NCBI GenBank assembly: GCA_964016885.1
Contig: OZ024749.1
Span: 3,162,001 to 3,226,000, forward strand
Length of the DNA: 64,000 nt
Source of the DNA: Eledone cirrhosa
Taxonomy: Eukaryota
Direction: 5' to 3'
Position 1 is the stretch's first letter; each line of letters opens with the position of its first letter. The translations under genes were made by a program, and so were the position numbers. This document shows positions 26,644-40,570 of the stretch, piece by piece. The notes beneath the pieces were generated by a model that was given only the letters and a program-made list of their open reading frames with translations, made no database searches and had not been told where the DNA came from.

Positions 26644-26815
26644 ATGTGTACAGCTTTGTAAATTCATGATTTGGTCGTCTGATGTTCGGATTATCTAGTT
26701 TTTTGCTTGCATGTGTACATGTGAGTCTATGAACGTATACGCAATATGCATTCTGATGTTAAAGTTTTATTCTACATGTACAGGGTATTTTATTAAAAAC
26801 TTTGCCTAGTATCTG

Positions 26816-26854
26816 CCTCAGACGAGCCCCATTGGGCGAAACATATGTAAGAGC
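26816..26854 (+). ncRNA. Minimal hammerhead motif with CAGACGA core
   Basis: CT-CAGACGA-GCCC catt GGGC-GAAA-CATATG-TA-AG; perfect helix II, palindromic helix III, weak helix I. Confidence 0.6.
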
Positions 26855-26919
26855 TTTATAAAGATATGTTTTAACGGCTTGTAACTCTTTCATTAATATA
26901 TATATATATATATATATAT

Positions 26920-27121
26920 ATAGGAACGAATAGGACCCCGACGCCTGAGCTCAAGCCGATTCGACGGCTAATTCTGGACTAAAATCATTTAGTCCAGAAT
27001 TAGCCGTCGAAACGGCTTGAGCTCAGCCGTCCTACTCGTTCCTATTACCCACTCTACTACCCTAAGTATTGAGTACTTTGGTGTGTTATGGTCCACCTGG
27101 TTCCTTACCTCATTTCCTTCG

Positions 27122-27123
<2 letters not shown>
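26920..27123 (+). mobile_element. FB1 foldback element, copy 2
   Basis: Longest apex: AATTCTGGACTAAA atca TTTAGTCCAGAATT; (TA)n on both sides. Confidence 0.8.
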
Positions 27124-27171
<48 letters not shown>

Positions 27172-27323
27172 CAATATGTAAAGTACTCAATAAATTAGTA
27201 GAGTGTAAACATCAAGTTTGTTATGGAAATGGCTTCTACGGGAAACCATCTGGTATGATTTACTTCGAAATAATTAGTTCTATTCCGATAGAAGTCATTT
27301 ATATATATCTATGTATGTATGTA

Positions 27324-27384
<61 letters not shown>

Positions 27385-27397
27385 ATATATATTGATA

Positions 27398-27656
27398 CTT
27401 TGTGCAGTGCCTTTGCTCACTATAAAAGCTTCACGGCACAGGCATTGCTTTATATCTGGAGATCTCTCTGCATTTGTCGTCACATGGTACCATGGACCCA
27501 GCACTATGTGTCAATAATTGTCACAAGTGTAGTGTTTGTACCAGAGTTTTCAAGTCGCTGGCTGGACTAAAAAGTGACACTCGTTCAGCGCATGTGTAGG
27601 GTTTCTCCTACATGGATATAAAGTAGTGGTCGTACTCGAAAACGTGTTGGCAGCCA

Positions 27657-27658
<2 letters not shown>
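27398..27658. repeat. Unclassified interspersed repeat ending in (TA)n; second copy at 31890-32150
   Basis: Near-identical ~260 bp TTTGTGCAGTGCCTTTGCTC...TTGGCAGCCACC. Confidence 0.85.
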
Positions 27659-27709
<51 letters not shown>

Positions 27710-27726
27710 AGTGTGTGTGTGAATGC

Positions 27727-27787
<61 letters not shown>

Positions 27788-27792
27788 AATGC

Positions 27793-27859
<67 letters not shown>

Positions 27860-27864
27860 AATGC

Positions 27865-27911
<47 letters not shown>

Positions 27912-28007
27912 GGTTTGTTGGTTTACCATTGGATAGAACTGGTCATTCCGTATGGTCAACCTCGTAATGCAACTCACCCTTCTTCGTTTGTATAGTTGGA
28001 GTTAATT

Positions 28008-28270
28008 ATTATAAAATAACAGGAGGCTGGACTGGTGTAAAATCCTTGAAAGGTTTATTGTACTATGATTATCTCAATAACCGGGTTCAGTATGAATCTG
28101 GTGACATCATCAGGTATTCAAAATATAACAAAGGAATATAACAGATAAAATCCATGGGGCTGAAAATAAGAGACAAGATGACGACCGACCATTTAGCAGC
28201 TTCGACCTCGGTCGGCCGCCCAGAAGTGTTGATTATTAAGACTTCTTATGACCATCTGGTGGAGGGGCAC
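28008..28270 (-). repeat. PLE-terminal-repeat-like interspersed repeat with decayed HHR core; second copy at 32920-33165 (+)
   Basis: TTTTCAGCCCCATGGATTTTATC..GAATACCTGATGAT..AATAAACCTTTCAA..CCAGCCTCCTGTTATTTTAT in both copies. Confidence 0.7.
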
Positions 28271-28606
28271 AGTCTTGTAATGTGCTACTACCTCACAGTC
28301 AAAGAAAAATGTCAGCGTTGAAGTCATGCCTCAATCAGGCTGATTAGGCGTGCTAGAAATTGCCGCGAAAAGGATTTTTCAAAGAAAATATATCTGCAAC
28401 AAAGACTTATGGTGGTGGTCTGTATGGTATAATGTGTGGACAGAAATTCCGTTTACCAATTAGAAACGTTAAACTTATGTTTAGAGTTAGAAGATGAAAT
28501 TAGAAAAATAAGGTTTAATGTTTGGATTGTGAGATTTAGTTAAAGCATTTACAGAAGGAGGCTTTTATGAAAAAGTTTTAGTGAACTATAGATGTATTGG
28601 CTGATC

Positions 28607-30121
28607 ATGGCACCTTGGCAAAAATCCTGAACTATATGTTTAGCAGAGTTATGGGTTTGAAATTATCTATGTTATCTCCCTGTACGGATCCTTTCTCAGC
28701 AGCGCCTTCGCTCCTCGGCTCAGAAAGCTGGGAATTCTCCCGTTCTGCTGCCAGTTGCAGTAGACGTCCACCAAGAGGTCTCGAAACAAGTCTGGTATGT
28801 GGTAGCGTAGGTGTCTTAACATTCTGCTTTTTTGTTTGTTTGTTTCGCCCTCTGTTTTTTGGAGGGCGAAGGAAGAGGGTTTAAATATACTGTTTCCCAC
28901 CTCTCCTCCTCACCACAATCTGTCTCCAGTCCTGAAAGGTCGGGGTGTGGAATGTCCTCCACAGGCGTTGCTGTTGGTTGTCGCGTTGTGGATGGTGGAT
29001 GCGCTTGTGCTATGTCTGGTGCGGTGGGCGGTGGTGGTAGTTGTCTTGGTACCGTTGCTGCTACAGATGATGTTGCTGTTGCTGCTACAGTCGCAACTGG
29101 CCTTGCTGCTGCTGTTTTTGCTGGTTGAGCCAGTGGGGCTGGCAGGAGAAGTGGCCTTAACTTTTTAGCCATCCCATGAGGGCAGAATGTTTTTAGGTGG
29201 GTTCCGTCTCTATAAACGACACACATTGGCCTTTTACCTTAAACTTTACGGAGAGGTAGCTGCCGTCATTGAGGTCTATCTCCTCTGGAATCTCTTGGAC
29301 GTTTTTCTGGTCGGCTGGGATCAGGAGCTCCAATCCATATCCGGACCAGTTCTGTTTTATTCTTATCACATCGATCACCTTTGTCTCGTCCTCAATGTCG
29401 GAGAGGACGGCAGCCATCAGCCAAGGAATTTCAATGGCCGGCGGTACTTCGGTCACATTTACTCTTAAGAGCCCTTGTCCGCAGTAACCTGGGACTATTG
29501 TGAGATCGTCGCTCTTTAGTAGAACCATGGAGTGCTCTCTGGCTTCCTGTGGTGTTCCAATAAACACATCACCGGTCCCATATCTTCATCCACGTCTGAT
29601 GTGGGCTTTCTGAGCTCACACATCCTAAGGCCTTTGGGAATGGGACGCGGATGCCGTCTCCACTCGGCGTGTTTTTGAGCTAATTGTACGGTAATATACC
29701 GTACATAGCCGCCGATGTTGCATATTGTTTGATGGAAGAGTGAGGCTGACCCTGTAACCATTTTTCTTTACCATTCGCCTGGCCTCATACAATTCTTCCT
29801 GGCTTAACTCAATCGTTTCGTTCTTCTTCGCCGCTTTCGCAAAAGTCACACTTGGTTTTGTGCTAGTGTTAGTGTTGTTATTGTTGTTCTTGTTATTATT
29901 ATTTTTTGTTTCAGTTGTTGCTGTGGTGGTGGTGTTGGTGGTGGTGTTGTTATAATTTATGTTGTTGCTGTCATGTGTGTTGATTTTAATTTTAATTTCC
30001 GTTGTTTCCGTGGTGGTGGTGGTACGGGGAGTGTTGCCTGTGATGTCGGCCGCGGTTATCGTCATTGTGGTGGCGGTGGCGGAGCTGGAACGCCCACTTT
30101 GTTTTCACGAAATACATGTTG

Positions 30122-30172
<51 letters not shown>

Positions 30173-30496
30173 CTTGCCGTTGCTGCTGCTGCTGTTATTG
30201 TTTTCAGAATTTTAGCATTTCCACTCTATGGACAACCCGTCATTCTGTTTTGCGGACGCATATTTTTGTCCACCAACAAAAATTGGCCCCTGAGGGCATC
30301 AAGTGGAGCTAAACGAACCAGCTCACAAATTTGGCCCCTAAGGGCTTCAAGTGGATCTAAACGAACCAGCTCACAAGTATACTGGTTTACTTAGCTTCAA
30401 AACGATATCAAAATTCCAATGCAAAAATCTTGAATAACAATGAAAATAGAACCAACTTACAGGAGCGATATGAACCACGTCTTGAAAGACTGAACC

Positions 30497-30497
<1 letters not shown>
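28607..30497 (-). mobile_element. Tx1/L1-clade LINE: 5' UTR + frameshifted ORF1 fused to a ~190-bp RT segment
   Basis: ORF1 pieces (SVTFAKAAK, EVPPAIEIPWL, zinc knuckle HLKTFC), then IPDLFRDLLVDVYCNWQQNG..LLRKDP / NFKPITLLN homologous to 700-880; 48-bp tandem duplication at about 30283-30376; begins after (TTA)n. Confidence 0.8.
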
Positions 30498-30571
<74 letters not shown>

Positions 30572-30572
30572 G
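30497..30572. repeat. (AAT)n microsatellite
   Basis: Read directly from sequence. Confidence 0.97.
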
Positions 30573-30847
30573 CGAATAATACGAGTAAAGAATAAAATGA
30601 TAGCAACATTCTGATTCTATTTCATTCGAAGTAACAATATCTGAGTAGAAAAAAATCGCTTTGTATTTTATATTGCGGTGGTTTAATATATTTATCGTAG
30701 AATTATATATTTTTACTACAGACGGAATTTATTTACGTTTAATATCAGCTCAGTATATATAGCAAACACTGCACTTCAAAGACGAAATTTTGTAAATATA
30801 TTTTATAGTGTATTCATCATTCACTCCATCCTATTCACCTTCTGTGA

Positions 30848-30888
<41 letters not shown>

Positions 30889-30951
30889 TACACGCACACG
30901 CACACACACACATATATATATATATGTGTGTGTATGTGTGTGTGTGTATAA

Positions 30952-30986
<35 letters not shown>

Positions 30987-31007
30987 AACACACACACACA
31001 CATGTAT

Positions 31008-31058
<51 letters not shown>

Positions 31059-31059
31059 T

Positions 31060-31197
<138 letters not shown>

Positions 31198-31210
31198 CAC
31201 ACACATATAT

Positions 31211-31283
<73 letters not shown>

Positions 31284-31452
31284 TATATATATATACAGAG
31301 AGAGAGAAAGAGAAAGAGAGAGACAGAGAGAGAGAATAAGGAAATGCAATGGAGTTTAGATGTTAAAGTCATTACCTAATAAGGTTACAATCAGGAGGTA
31401 ATCCTAAATTGAAGTGACAAGGGAACGAACAAATATATATATATATATAAAT

Positions 31453-31600
31453 GGAAAAAAAATTAAACGAAATTTCAGTTCTCACTCTTCGTACGGCAGA
31501 TACTTAAATATAAGTATGTACACGTACATACATATAGGTATACAGACATACTACCGTACGTCTGTATACATATATGTATGTACGTATACATGCTTATATA
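31453..31600. repeat. Short foldback of the family at 15.6-16.2 kb
   Basis: TATAAGTATGTACACGTACATACATATAGGTATACAGAC / GTCTGTATACATATATGTATGTACGTATACATGCTTATA; tail matches 16135-16182 inverted. Confidence 0.75.
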
Positions 31601-31608
31601 TATATATA

Positions 31609-31826
31609 TCGTTGGCGACTAAACTGGCAACCCCACCAAGGTTTCTTGGTGAGGAGGGTGACTTTGGACATCCTGCAGGACTAAAAACAAAACCTGTCAA
31701 AGGGCAAAGGAGCTCTTAAGAGTCAATGGCCATCCAAAATCACCGGGAGAGATGACCCCTTAGCCTTTGTGAAGGCAGAATTCTAGGAGAAGGAAAACTC
31801 TGATATAACACATGCAACCCTGATGG
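31609..31826 (+). mobile_element. Probable RTE-type 5' UTR fragment
   Basis: GC-richer island containing CTAGGAGAAGGAAAACTCTGA, a motif I associate with RTE 5' regions; no ORF. Confidence 0.45.
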
Positions 31827-32153
31827 TATCCAATGATGTTGACTTGTTCTTTTTGGTAAATATCATCTTGGTTAAGAGAGTGGGACTGGCTTTGTGCAGT
31901 GCCTTTGCTCTCTATAAAAGCTTCACGGCACAGGCATTGCTTTATATCTGGAGATCTCTCTGCACTTGTCCTCACATGGTACCATGGGCCCAGCACTATG
32001 TGTCAATAATTGTCACAAGTGTAGTGTTTGTACCAGAGTTTTCAAGTCGCTGGCTGGACTAAAAAGTCACACTCGTTCAGCGCTTCGGTAAGGGTTCTCC
32101 TACATGGATATAAAGTAGTGGCCGTACTCGAAAACGAGTTGGCAGCCACCATA

Positions 32154-32196
<43 letters not shown>

Positions 32197-32201
<5 letters not shown>

Positions 32202-32390
32202 AACAAATAAGACCCCGACGGCTGAGCTCAAGCCGTTTCGACGGCTAATTCTGTCCAGAATTAGCCGTAGAAACGGCTTGAGCTCAGCCGTCGGGGTCTT
32301 ACTTGTTCCTATCACCCACTCTACTACCCTAAATATTGAGTACTTTGGTGCGTTATGGTCCACCTTGTTCCTTACCACATTTCCTTCGTT
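32197..32390 (+). mobile_element. FB1 foldback element, copy 3
   Basis: Apex AATTCTG tc CAGAATT; (TA)n on both sides. Confidence 0.8.
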
Positions 32391-32641
32391 ATATATATAT
32401 ATATATATATATATAAATGAAGTATTTCCGTCAGAAAGGTACAGGGAAACAGAGTGCTCTATGTAGGTTACAGAGCTTATTAGTTATGTAATAAACAACT
32501 TAAGATAATTACATCATATACCAGTGGTTTTTTGACACTACATCAGTTTTCAAGAAACCACTGGTAAATGAAATAATTATCAAAAACAAGATGGCGTAGA
32601 CAGAACAAAGTCGAGGCACAAAAACAAAGAACAGAATCCCA

Positions 32642-32684
32642 GTCACTGAAGAGGTCACATAATGTGTGACGAAAGAACTTTGAC
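32642..32684 (+). ncRNA. Minimal hammerhead ribozyme motif
   Basis: GTCA-CTGAAGA-g-GTCACAT aat GTGTGAC-GAAA-GAAC-TT-TGAC. Confidence 0.6.
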
Positions 32685-32858
32685 AATATATGAACAATCG
32701 TCTGGTTGTGGAACCAACCAACCAACCGGAAATTTATAAATTCCTAAATGTATAAATATAATTTATAATAAACTGAAGTGAAAGCAACTGGTGCGTCTGT
32801 TTCTTATTGGCAACATGACCCTCCCGAAGTATAACAAAATCTTATGTTGTTTATTACA

Positions 32859-32898
<40 letters not shown>

Positions 32899-33188
32899 TA
32901 TATATATTTAGGTGTGAAGCCCCCTCACCAGATAGCCTTAAGTAGGCCGAATGGGCAACACTTGAGGGCGACCGGCTAAAGTGGAAGATGCTAGATGGTC
33001 GGTTGTCCTCGGATCTATGATTTTCAGCCCCATGGATTTTATCTATTACATTCATTTATTATATTTCGAATACCTGATGATATCACCGGATTCATACCCG
33101 ACCCGATCATAGTATAATAAACCTTTCAAAGATTTACACAAGTCCAGCCTCCTGTTATTTTATTATATATATATATATAAAAATATGT

Positions 33189-33219
<31 letters not shown>

Positions 33220-33543
33220 GTATATATATATATTTATATATATATATTAATATATATATATATATATTCATAGAATAAAGATAATCTCAACACTTGAATA
33301 GCTGTTAGAATGACGGCGTCACGTAAAAGTTACCTGACAGAGCAGAAATTAGCCCCTAGTGGTGTGTTTGCCCGCTGATGTTTTAGGAAGAAAGGAGCAA
33401 AGGAAGAAAATCAACGTTACAAAATCACAAAACATAATTTCACCTCTACTGCTCGCAAAGGGTTTGCAGTTTGTCACGACTTAGATGGGACTACGTAAAA
33501 TTGCCGGATACCGTGGCCCATGTTTCATTGCTTATTTCTTTCA

Positions 33544-33575
<32 letters not shown>

Positions 33576-33717
33576 ATCTGTCTCTCTCTCCCTATCTCTC
33601 TTTCTTTCTTTCTCTCTCTCTCTATCTCTCCCTCTTTCTCACTCTCTCTCTCTCTTTCTCTCACTCCCTCTCTCTCTCTCAACCCCTCTCTCTCCTACTC
33701 GCTCGCTCTCTCTCTCT

Positions 33718-33748
<31 letters not shown>

Positions 33749-33754
33749 TCCTTT

Positions 33755-33935
33755 GTAGCAGCGACTTCGTTTCGAACGAAGGCATTTTAATTATTTCCGT
33801 TCGATCTGTCTGTCCGTCTATCTAATGATATTTCTATCACTCATACATCATAATATCAGAAATATTTATTTTCTGTAGCACGAGCCGGAAATTTTATGTA
33901 GTCCTCACAAGTTGAATCGTGCGAAACTACTTTTT
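33755..33935 (+). mobile_element. Possible Helentron/DINE-1-like non-autonomous remnant
   Basis: Hairpin CTTCGTT tcg AACGAAG followed by TCTGTCTGTCCGTCT microsatellite. Confidence 0.35.
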
Positions 33936-34179
33936 TTTCCTATAACATATATATTTCTGTGCATGTATGTTTGCGTGGGTATATGTAAGTAAGTATATGT
34001 ACGTGTACGTTTTTTTATGTGAGTGTAGTTGGATATAATTCGTTGGTGTTTATATAACCATCTGATTCTCTAATATTTGTGTCATTGTATGTGACTCAAC
34101 ATCTATTTTGATTCGTTTATGTTATCTACACTCTAACACATTCTATACCATATCATTTCGTTTCTCTTACTCCTCTATT

Positions 34180-34215
34180 TACATAATGTCGGATTTATAC
34201 ACCACCACATAAACG

Positions 34216-34252
<37 letters not shown>

Positions 34253-34284
34253 TCAAAAGTATATATGTGATTATGTATATATAT

Positions 34285-34322
<38 letters not shown>

Positions 34323-34383
34323 CAAAAGTATATATGTGATTATGTATATATATATATATATATAGCAAAAGTATATATGTGAT

Positions 34384-34430
<47 letters not shown>

Positions 34431-34461
34431 CAAAAGTATATATGTGATTATGTATATATAT

Positions 34462-34516
<55 letters not shown>

Positions 34517-34596
34517 TAATCACATGTATACTTTTGCTATATATAATATATATATATAGGCGTTTATGCGGTGGTGTATGAATCCGACATTATGTG
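34180..34596. repeat. Foldback with ~40-bp terminal inverted repeats around a (TA)n-spaced minisatellite
   Basis: ACATAATGTCGGATTTATACACCACCACATAAACGCCTA / TAGGCGTTTATGCGGTGGTGTATGAATCCGACATTATGT; CAAAAGTATATATGTGATTATGTA x4 plus one inverted copy. Confidence 0.8.
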
Positions 34597-34610
34597 AATA
34601 CAGGAGTATT

Positions 34611-34662
<52 letters not shown>

Positions 34663-34669
34663 GTATATA

Positions 34670-34788
<119 letters not shown>

Positions 34789-35585
34789 ATATATATTTAT
34801 ATGCTCACAGTTATGTTACATAACTCTGAATAATTCTACTTGATATCACATTTAAATTCTCTGTAATATTCATTCATACGAAATCCCACACAGTGTATTA
34901 ATTTTATTCATGCCTAATACAGGATGGGCAGTATATTGTAAAGCTGTTTTTCATGTACTACACTTTTCTTTGAACTCATACGTTAAAATGAGGCTACTTT
35001 TCGCCAAGGTGTTTCAAACAGAAAAAAAAAAAAATTCCTATGACAATTAATATTGAGATTATCATTAACATATTTTTTATCGAATAAACATTGGCACAAG
35101 TCTAACTACACGTATAGACATAACCAAGCATTCATGTGTTTTTCTTTATATCTCAGTATATGGTATAAAATGAACAAATTGATAACGAGATCAATTTTAT
35201 ATGTACCAATACTATTTGCAGTCTCCATATACATATGAAATGTATATAAATATTTATATCATAGTATAAAGATTTTGCGTATATTTCAATATATATATAT
35301 ATATATGTGTTATTTTCTGCTGGCTCTGGATAAACTACGGGTTATAGCTTCGTTTGTAGCCTCATTCTTTCCTTGTAAATTATAGTAAATATCTTTCATG
35401 TTGAATGGAAAATTGACAGATTTGTTGGAACGTCGGAATAGATGTTTTATCGAATCTGTGCCTACTGGCTGCACACTGAGTTCAGTTCAAGTACGGCCGA
35501 GTTTGACTTGCGACGATGCCTTCTTCTTCTTCTTCTTCTTCTTCTTCTTCTTCTTCTTCTTCTTCTTCTTCTCTCTTTCTCTCTT

Positions 35586-35617
<32 letters not shown>

Positions 35618-36509
35618 GCGGCCAAACGTTAAGACCCTCTTACTGCTATCTCAGGTGTTAACCTAATATATTCCTTCCACATACTGTACCGATTGTGTTG
35701 TTATTTATGTTTACCTTTTTTATTTTTTATATTTAAATGCAACAGCACATCTCGCCATTTTGATTCATATGTGCTTCCTCCTTCGCTCTGAGCTGTCTTT
35801 TTTATCTTCCCTTGCAGCTATCCTCATTCTCTCTCCCCCTTCTCTCTCTCCTTCTCCCTCTTACTTCCACTCACCCCCTCTGCTAGTCACCCTCTCTCGG
35901 CTAGCCTCTTCCTCGCACTTTCACTCACTCACTCTCTGCTACTCACCCTCTCTCTCACTTCCCCCATCGTCCCACACTGTACGCGGTCTCTCTTCTCACT
36001 CACATCCGTACGGTTAAGATGTGACTTTGTTCTCCTCGTCAAAATTCGCCTGTTCTTATGTTTGAAATGAATTGCTAGCTTGATGTTTTCATTTGTTTCC
36101 TCTCTTTACGTTGCCTCGCCATTCGTGTTTGTTTGCATTCTTTCTCTTTCTCCCCCCAACTCTTCTTATCCCAATCACTTATTTTAGTTATTGTATCACC
36201 CTAGGCGGAGATATATTGTCTGTAGTAATGCGAAGAAATACCTATGATGCTTAGTAGACAACTGATGATGGATATTCCTACTCCTATTTCTAATTCTTCA
36301 TGTTTTATACTTAAATGCAACAACACAGCTCGCCATTTTGAATCATATATATATGAATAGAAATGGCAGCAAACATCTTGTCTTGGTTTTGTAAATCCAG
36401 ACGACTACATAGCGGTCCAGGTTAGAATACTACAGATCTTGTAGTGTCGAGGAGAGACAGAGATAATTAATGATATGTATATATATATGTGTGTGTGTCT
36501 ATATGTATG

Positions 36510-36550
<41 letters not shown>

Positions 36551-36620
36551 ATACTTATATCTATCGAATATTTCGACAGCGTAATCGCCTAGATACAGTC
36601 AACTAAGCAGAACATAGAAT

Positions 36621-36669
<49 letters not shown>

Positions 36670-36876
36670 ATCAAATTTAAAATACAAGTAAATAATAGGG
36701 AAACATATACCTATGTTTTCTTTAAAGACCCTTTGCTGCAATTGATGCATTTTAGAAGTGCACCCACCATGGCTGTCTGGTTGATAAGGTTCCTCAAGAG
36801 CCCTCTCAAAAAGGACTGTTTCTTGACACGTTCGTAACAAGTGAGAAATTCACAAGAGGCGGAGGGAAAAAATAAC

Positions 36877-36954
<78 letters not shown>

Positions 36955-36966
36955 CAAGCTTTGATT

Positions 36967-37158
36967 ATGAAACAGCGAGAAACATGTTCTTACGCCTTAT
37001 TTGACTGAATTGCGTTGGTCTTTTAGAGGGAATCTTTAAAAATATTTTGAATGGGTAAACGATGAGTTTTGACGTACATGGGAGGGTATTTAAAAATCCC
37101 TACTAACAGACTAACTCTCATTAGTCAAATACGGCGTAAGCACATGTTCCTATCTTAC

Positions 37159-37163
<5 letters not shown>
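36967..37163. repeat. Imperfect foldback between (GA)n and (TA)n
   Basis: AACATGTTCTTACGCCTTATTTGACT / AGTCAAATACGGCGTAAGCACATGTT. Confidence 0.7.
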
Positions 37164-37213
<50 letters not shown>

Positions 37214-37278
37214 TATATGTTGATTTAAAACTGCACTATCCACAAGTGTTTTTTTAACCTTGATATCATGTCTTCCTG

Positions 37279-37345
37279 TTTTATCTGATGAAAACACAAA
37301 TATTATTGCATGATGATATTTGATTATGAAATGCGCCTAATAAAA
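37279..37345 (+). ncRNA. Hammerhead ribozyme motif (type I)
   Basis: TTTTAT-CTGATGA-..CAAATATTAT/ATGATATTTG..-GAAA-TGCGCC-TA-ATAAAA. Confidence 0.65.
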
Positions 37346-37470
37346 TACATGGAACTGTTTTAACCATCTTTTGTTCTTATACATTATGTATACTCCAGTC
37401 CTACAAACTGTAGATTGCTTCTTATCCGATATCTGGGTTGCTTTATTGTACTACAATAAAACTCACCTCC

Positions 37471-37521
<51 letters not shown>

Positions 37522-38239
37522 TTGCGCCAGCATGGATCTAGTCCAGAGTTTGGAACAAGTCATCTACCAAAGCTTTAAAAGGCCATCTAATTGTACACAT
37601 ATACACTTTTATATACGAAATAGAGATATGCAATGCTGTAAAACATGAATATTTATATAAATATAAATACAGTTACTCAAGCTGGATGTAAACAATGAAG
37701 TTTAAGAAGCACAAGAATAACCCAGTAAATGAGGATATATTCACACGCATATAAACTTACATATAATTATGTATAGACATGTAATACTATAAAATATGAT
37801 ACATTGAACGAAAAATCTATAGAGTTTTGTTATAAAATGCTAATTCAATATGTATTGTACTATCATAGTACAAAGGTTGTTTGATACATATGTTGGATAT
37901 TTGCCCTCAGCTATCTTGGTTGTTTTTATAAATCAGTAAATCTCGACTCTATGTCATAAACTGACATATTTCTCATATTTACGTTCATGGGTTCGACTGG
38001 AATTTAACATATTAATCTGCATTTCGAGTATGGCTTAATCTCCTTTAACCGATCTCCCATGTGTTTCTTATACCTTCTTGATCCTGATATTTTCTGTATG
38101 TTCGCTACTTATTAGAATGAGGAGCCCAATCAATGTCAAAATATACACCGGTGCTGTGTTTTCTCCAGTTTCGAATTCATCAGCGACTTTCCAGAGGCTT
38201 GTATTCAGTCTTTTGTACATTATTCTTAGTTAGATTATC

Positions 38240-38890
38240 TTCATCATCATTATCAATCCCTTGACTCTTACTGTCGGGGGGCGGAGATCCTAATGAAAAA
38301 GCAACGTACATTCAAAATAGTCTATCAAGGGCGGCCGTCAGCACAACTAGTGCAGTCATGTACGTCCAATGTTAAAATATTGTCCAACCAGGTTTTTGCG
38401 TTGGTGGCCCCTGCTGCGTCCTCCTTCAACTGTACCTTGCATTATGGTGTTGCAGAGGCTGTTATGTTGTGTAACGTGGCCAAACTATGCCAGTTTGACA
38501 GTGGTGAGGAGAGGTTCCTGGTGAACCACAAAACTATTATCCTTTCTCCACACGTATTCATCAGGTTTACGCTCCCAATAGAAATTTGAAGGAGATTGCT
38601 CGTGCTTTTTTCTCAAATACTTGGATCCGACTCTCTGTTTTTGCCAAAAGTGTCCAGGTCTCCTATCCATATAGGAGGACGAGACTATCAGCGAAGTGTA
38701 CAGTCTGTACTTGGTCTGAAAGCTGATGTTTCTCCTCCATATTCTTGCTAATTTGGCCATCACTGCCATAGCTGCGGCAATCCGTGTGAGAATTTCTCCG
38801 TTGCAGGTATCATCTTTTGACAAGACCGCTCCCAAGTATTTGAAACTGGACACTTCCTCAAATGAATGTCAGTTCATGGTGATATTCACA
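38240..38890 (-). mobile_element. RTE-clade LINE 3' fragment
   Basis: SSFKYLGAVL..GEILTRIAAA..KYRLYTSLIVS; (GAT)n-like tail. Confidence 0.85.
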
Positions 38891-40488
38891 CAGGTGCTAC
38901 TTGTGCACCCTGAATATATTTTATATTTAGAGTATACTCCGTGTGATATTATCCAAAGTGTTCAACAATGCTCTGTCTTTCCCCGTGATCCATTTATCAA
39001 AACATTCTATTCTAAGCTTAAGTATACCATCTTATTGCTATTTGGCCAATATATAACTATACTCCTGACTATATCAATGCTGTGTTCTTCTCCCTGTAAC
39101 AAGTTAGAAACAAATATCTTTCTAGACGATGCTCGGAGAAAATATTTCGAGTATATTTTCAATTTCACTTAATGTAATAGTTTTCCACGACTAGACAATA
39201 ATTATTTTCTAAAATATATTACATAATCACGTAAATGGATATTAGTTGCGATTTGCAAGCGTCGTGTATATATTTGGCTCACTTCCAAAGAGAATATCAC
39301 TAAAAACAGACAGCTGAATTAGCATATTTAAAGAAAATCAATCATCTTCAACATTTAATAAAATGGAAAAGAGGAGAGGAATGCAGTAACTCTATCTAAA
39401 GAAAGACAATATATGGAATTTAATCTTGGCGAAAAGCTCTAAGGCACAGTAAATATAGCTTGGATTATTGTGGAATTAATCAGAGTCAATATATGCTTTC
39501 AACATTATATCATATTAACACATACACACATACACACACACACACATACACGCACACACACATACACACACACACACACGCGCGCGCGCACACACGCACA
39601 CACACACACACAAACACACACACATTTATATATATATAATATATTTAAAATGATATACGAGTTAAACTAAAGATGTATCGCTTATTGCTGTTATTTGTTT
39701 GAAATCTTAAATTCCTAGAAAATGCCATTTTGGTTTATTTCATTTCAGGATTTTAATACTAATCACGTTCAACTAAAAAATATATGTATTATATTTTTAG
39801 TATTTCTACCAACTCTTGCTCGTCCTAGGATTTTAATAATAATCCTCATTTGTTCACAATATGTGATATATTGAGTATTCAAAGCTGCCGTTGTGGTTTT
39901 GTTTTTATTTGGTAACCACCTGCAGACTATATTTATCGTTAAGGGCATTGATCAAATATATTGCCTATTCCCTATAAGGGTACACATTGCTATATCTAAT
40001 AAATCGTAGTTGTTGTTTTGGCGATGGTCAGGTCTGATCTAGCAAACTTCCGGTCACAACGACCTACGGCAAAACAATAACGATGTTGCAATCTTGTTGA
40101 AATCAACAATGCCTTTCATCCTTTCGAGGTCGATAAATGTAATACCCTTCACCCTTCAGTAGTGAGATCGATACTCCTTCACCCACTTCTCTCTCTCTCT
40201 CTCTCTCTCTCCCCCTCTCCCCCTCTCCGTCCTTCAACAAGACGAGACTTGTTGTATATAAACCCACAAATATGGTCCGAATCTTGTTTGCATTCCCTCA
40301 CGTTAGCCTCACAGTAAACTGTCTCTATATTTACCATTTCCCTACAGATCGTCTACAAGTTTCCAGCGGTGTAATTCTCTCATCAAGCTGCATCAAATCT
40401 ACAAAGCTGTTAGTGTTTAATACCAGGTAGGTTGCTAGTAGACTTTAACATAATACACACACACGCGGACACACACAAACACACACAT

Positions 40489-40570
<82 letters not shown>

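Noticed and set aside
30065-30200. Poly-Ala/poly-Cys/poly-Gln host exon
   Set aside because: (GCT)n lies inside the 5' region of the Tx1-like element
31609-31720. HDV-like ribozyme in putative RTE leader
   Set aside because: Only a simple hairpin CACCAAG/CTTGGTG found; could not build the nested double pseudoknot
38160-38190. Minus-strand CTGATGA-ATTC-GAAA
   Set aside because: No helix II, NUH site or helix I
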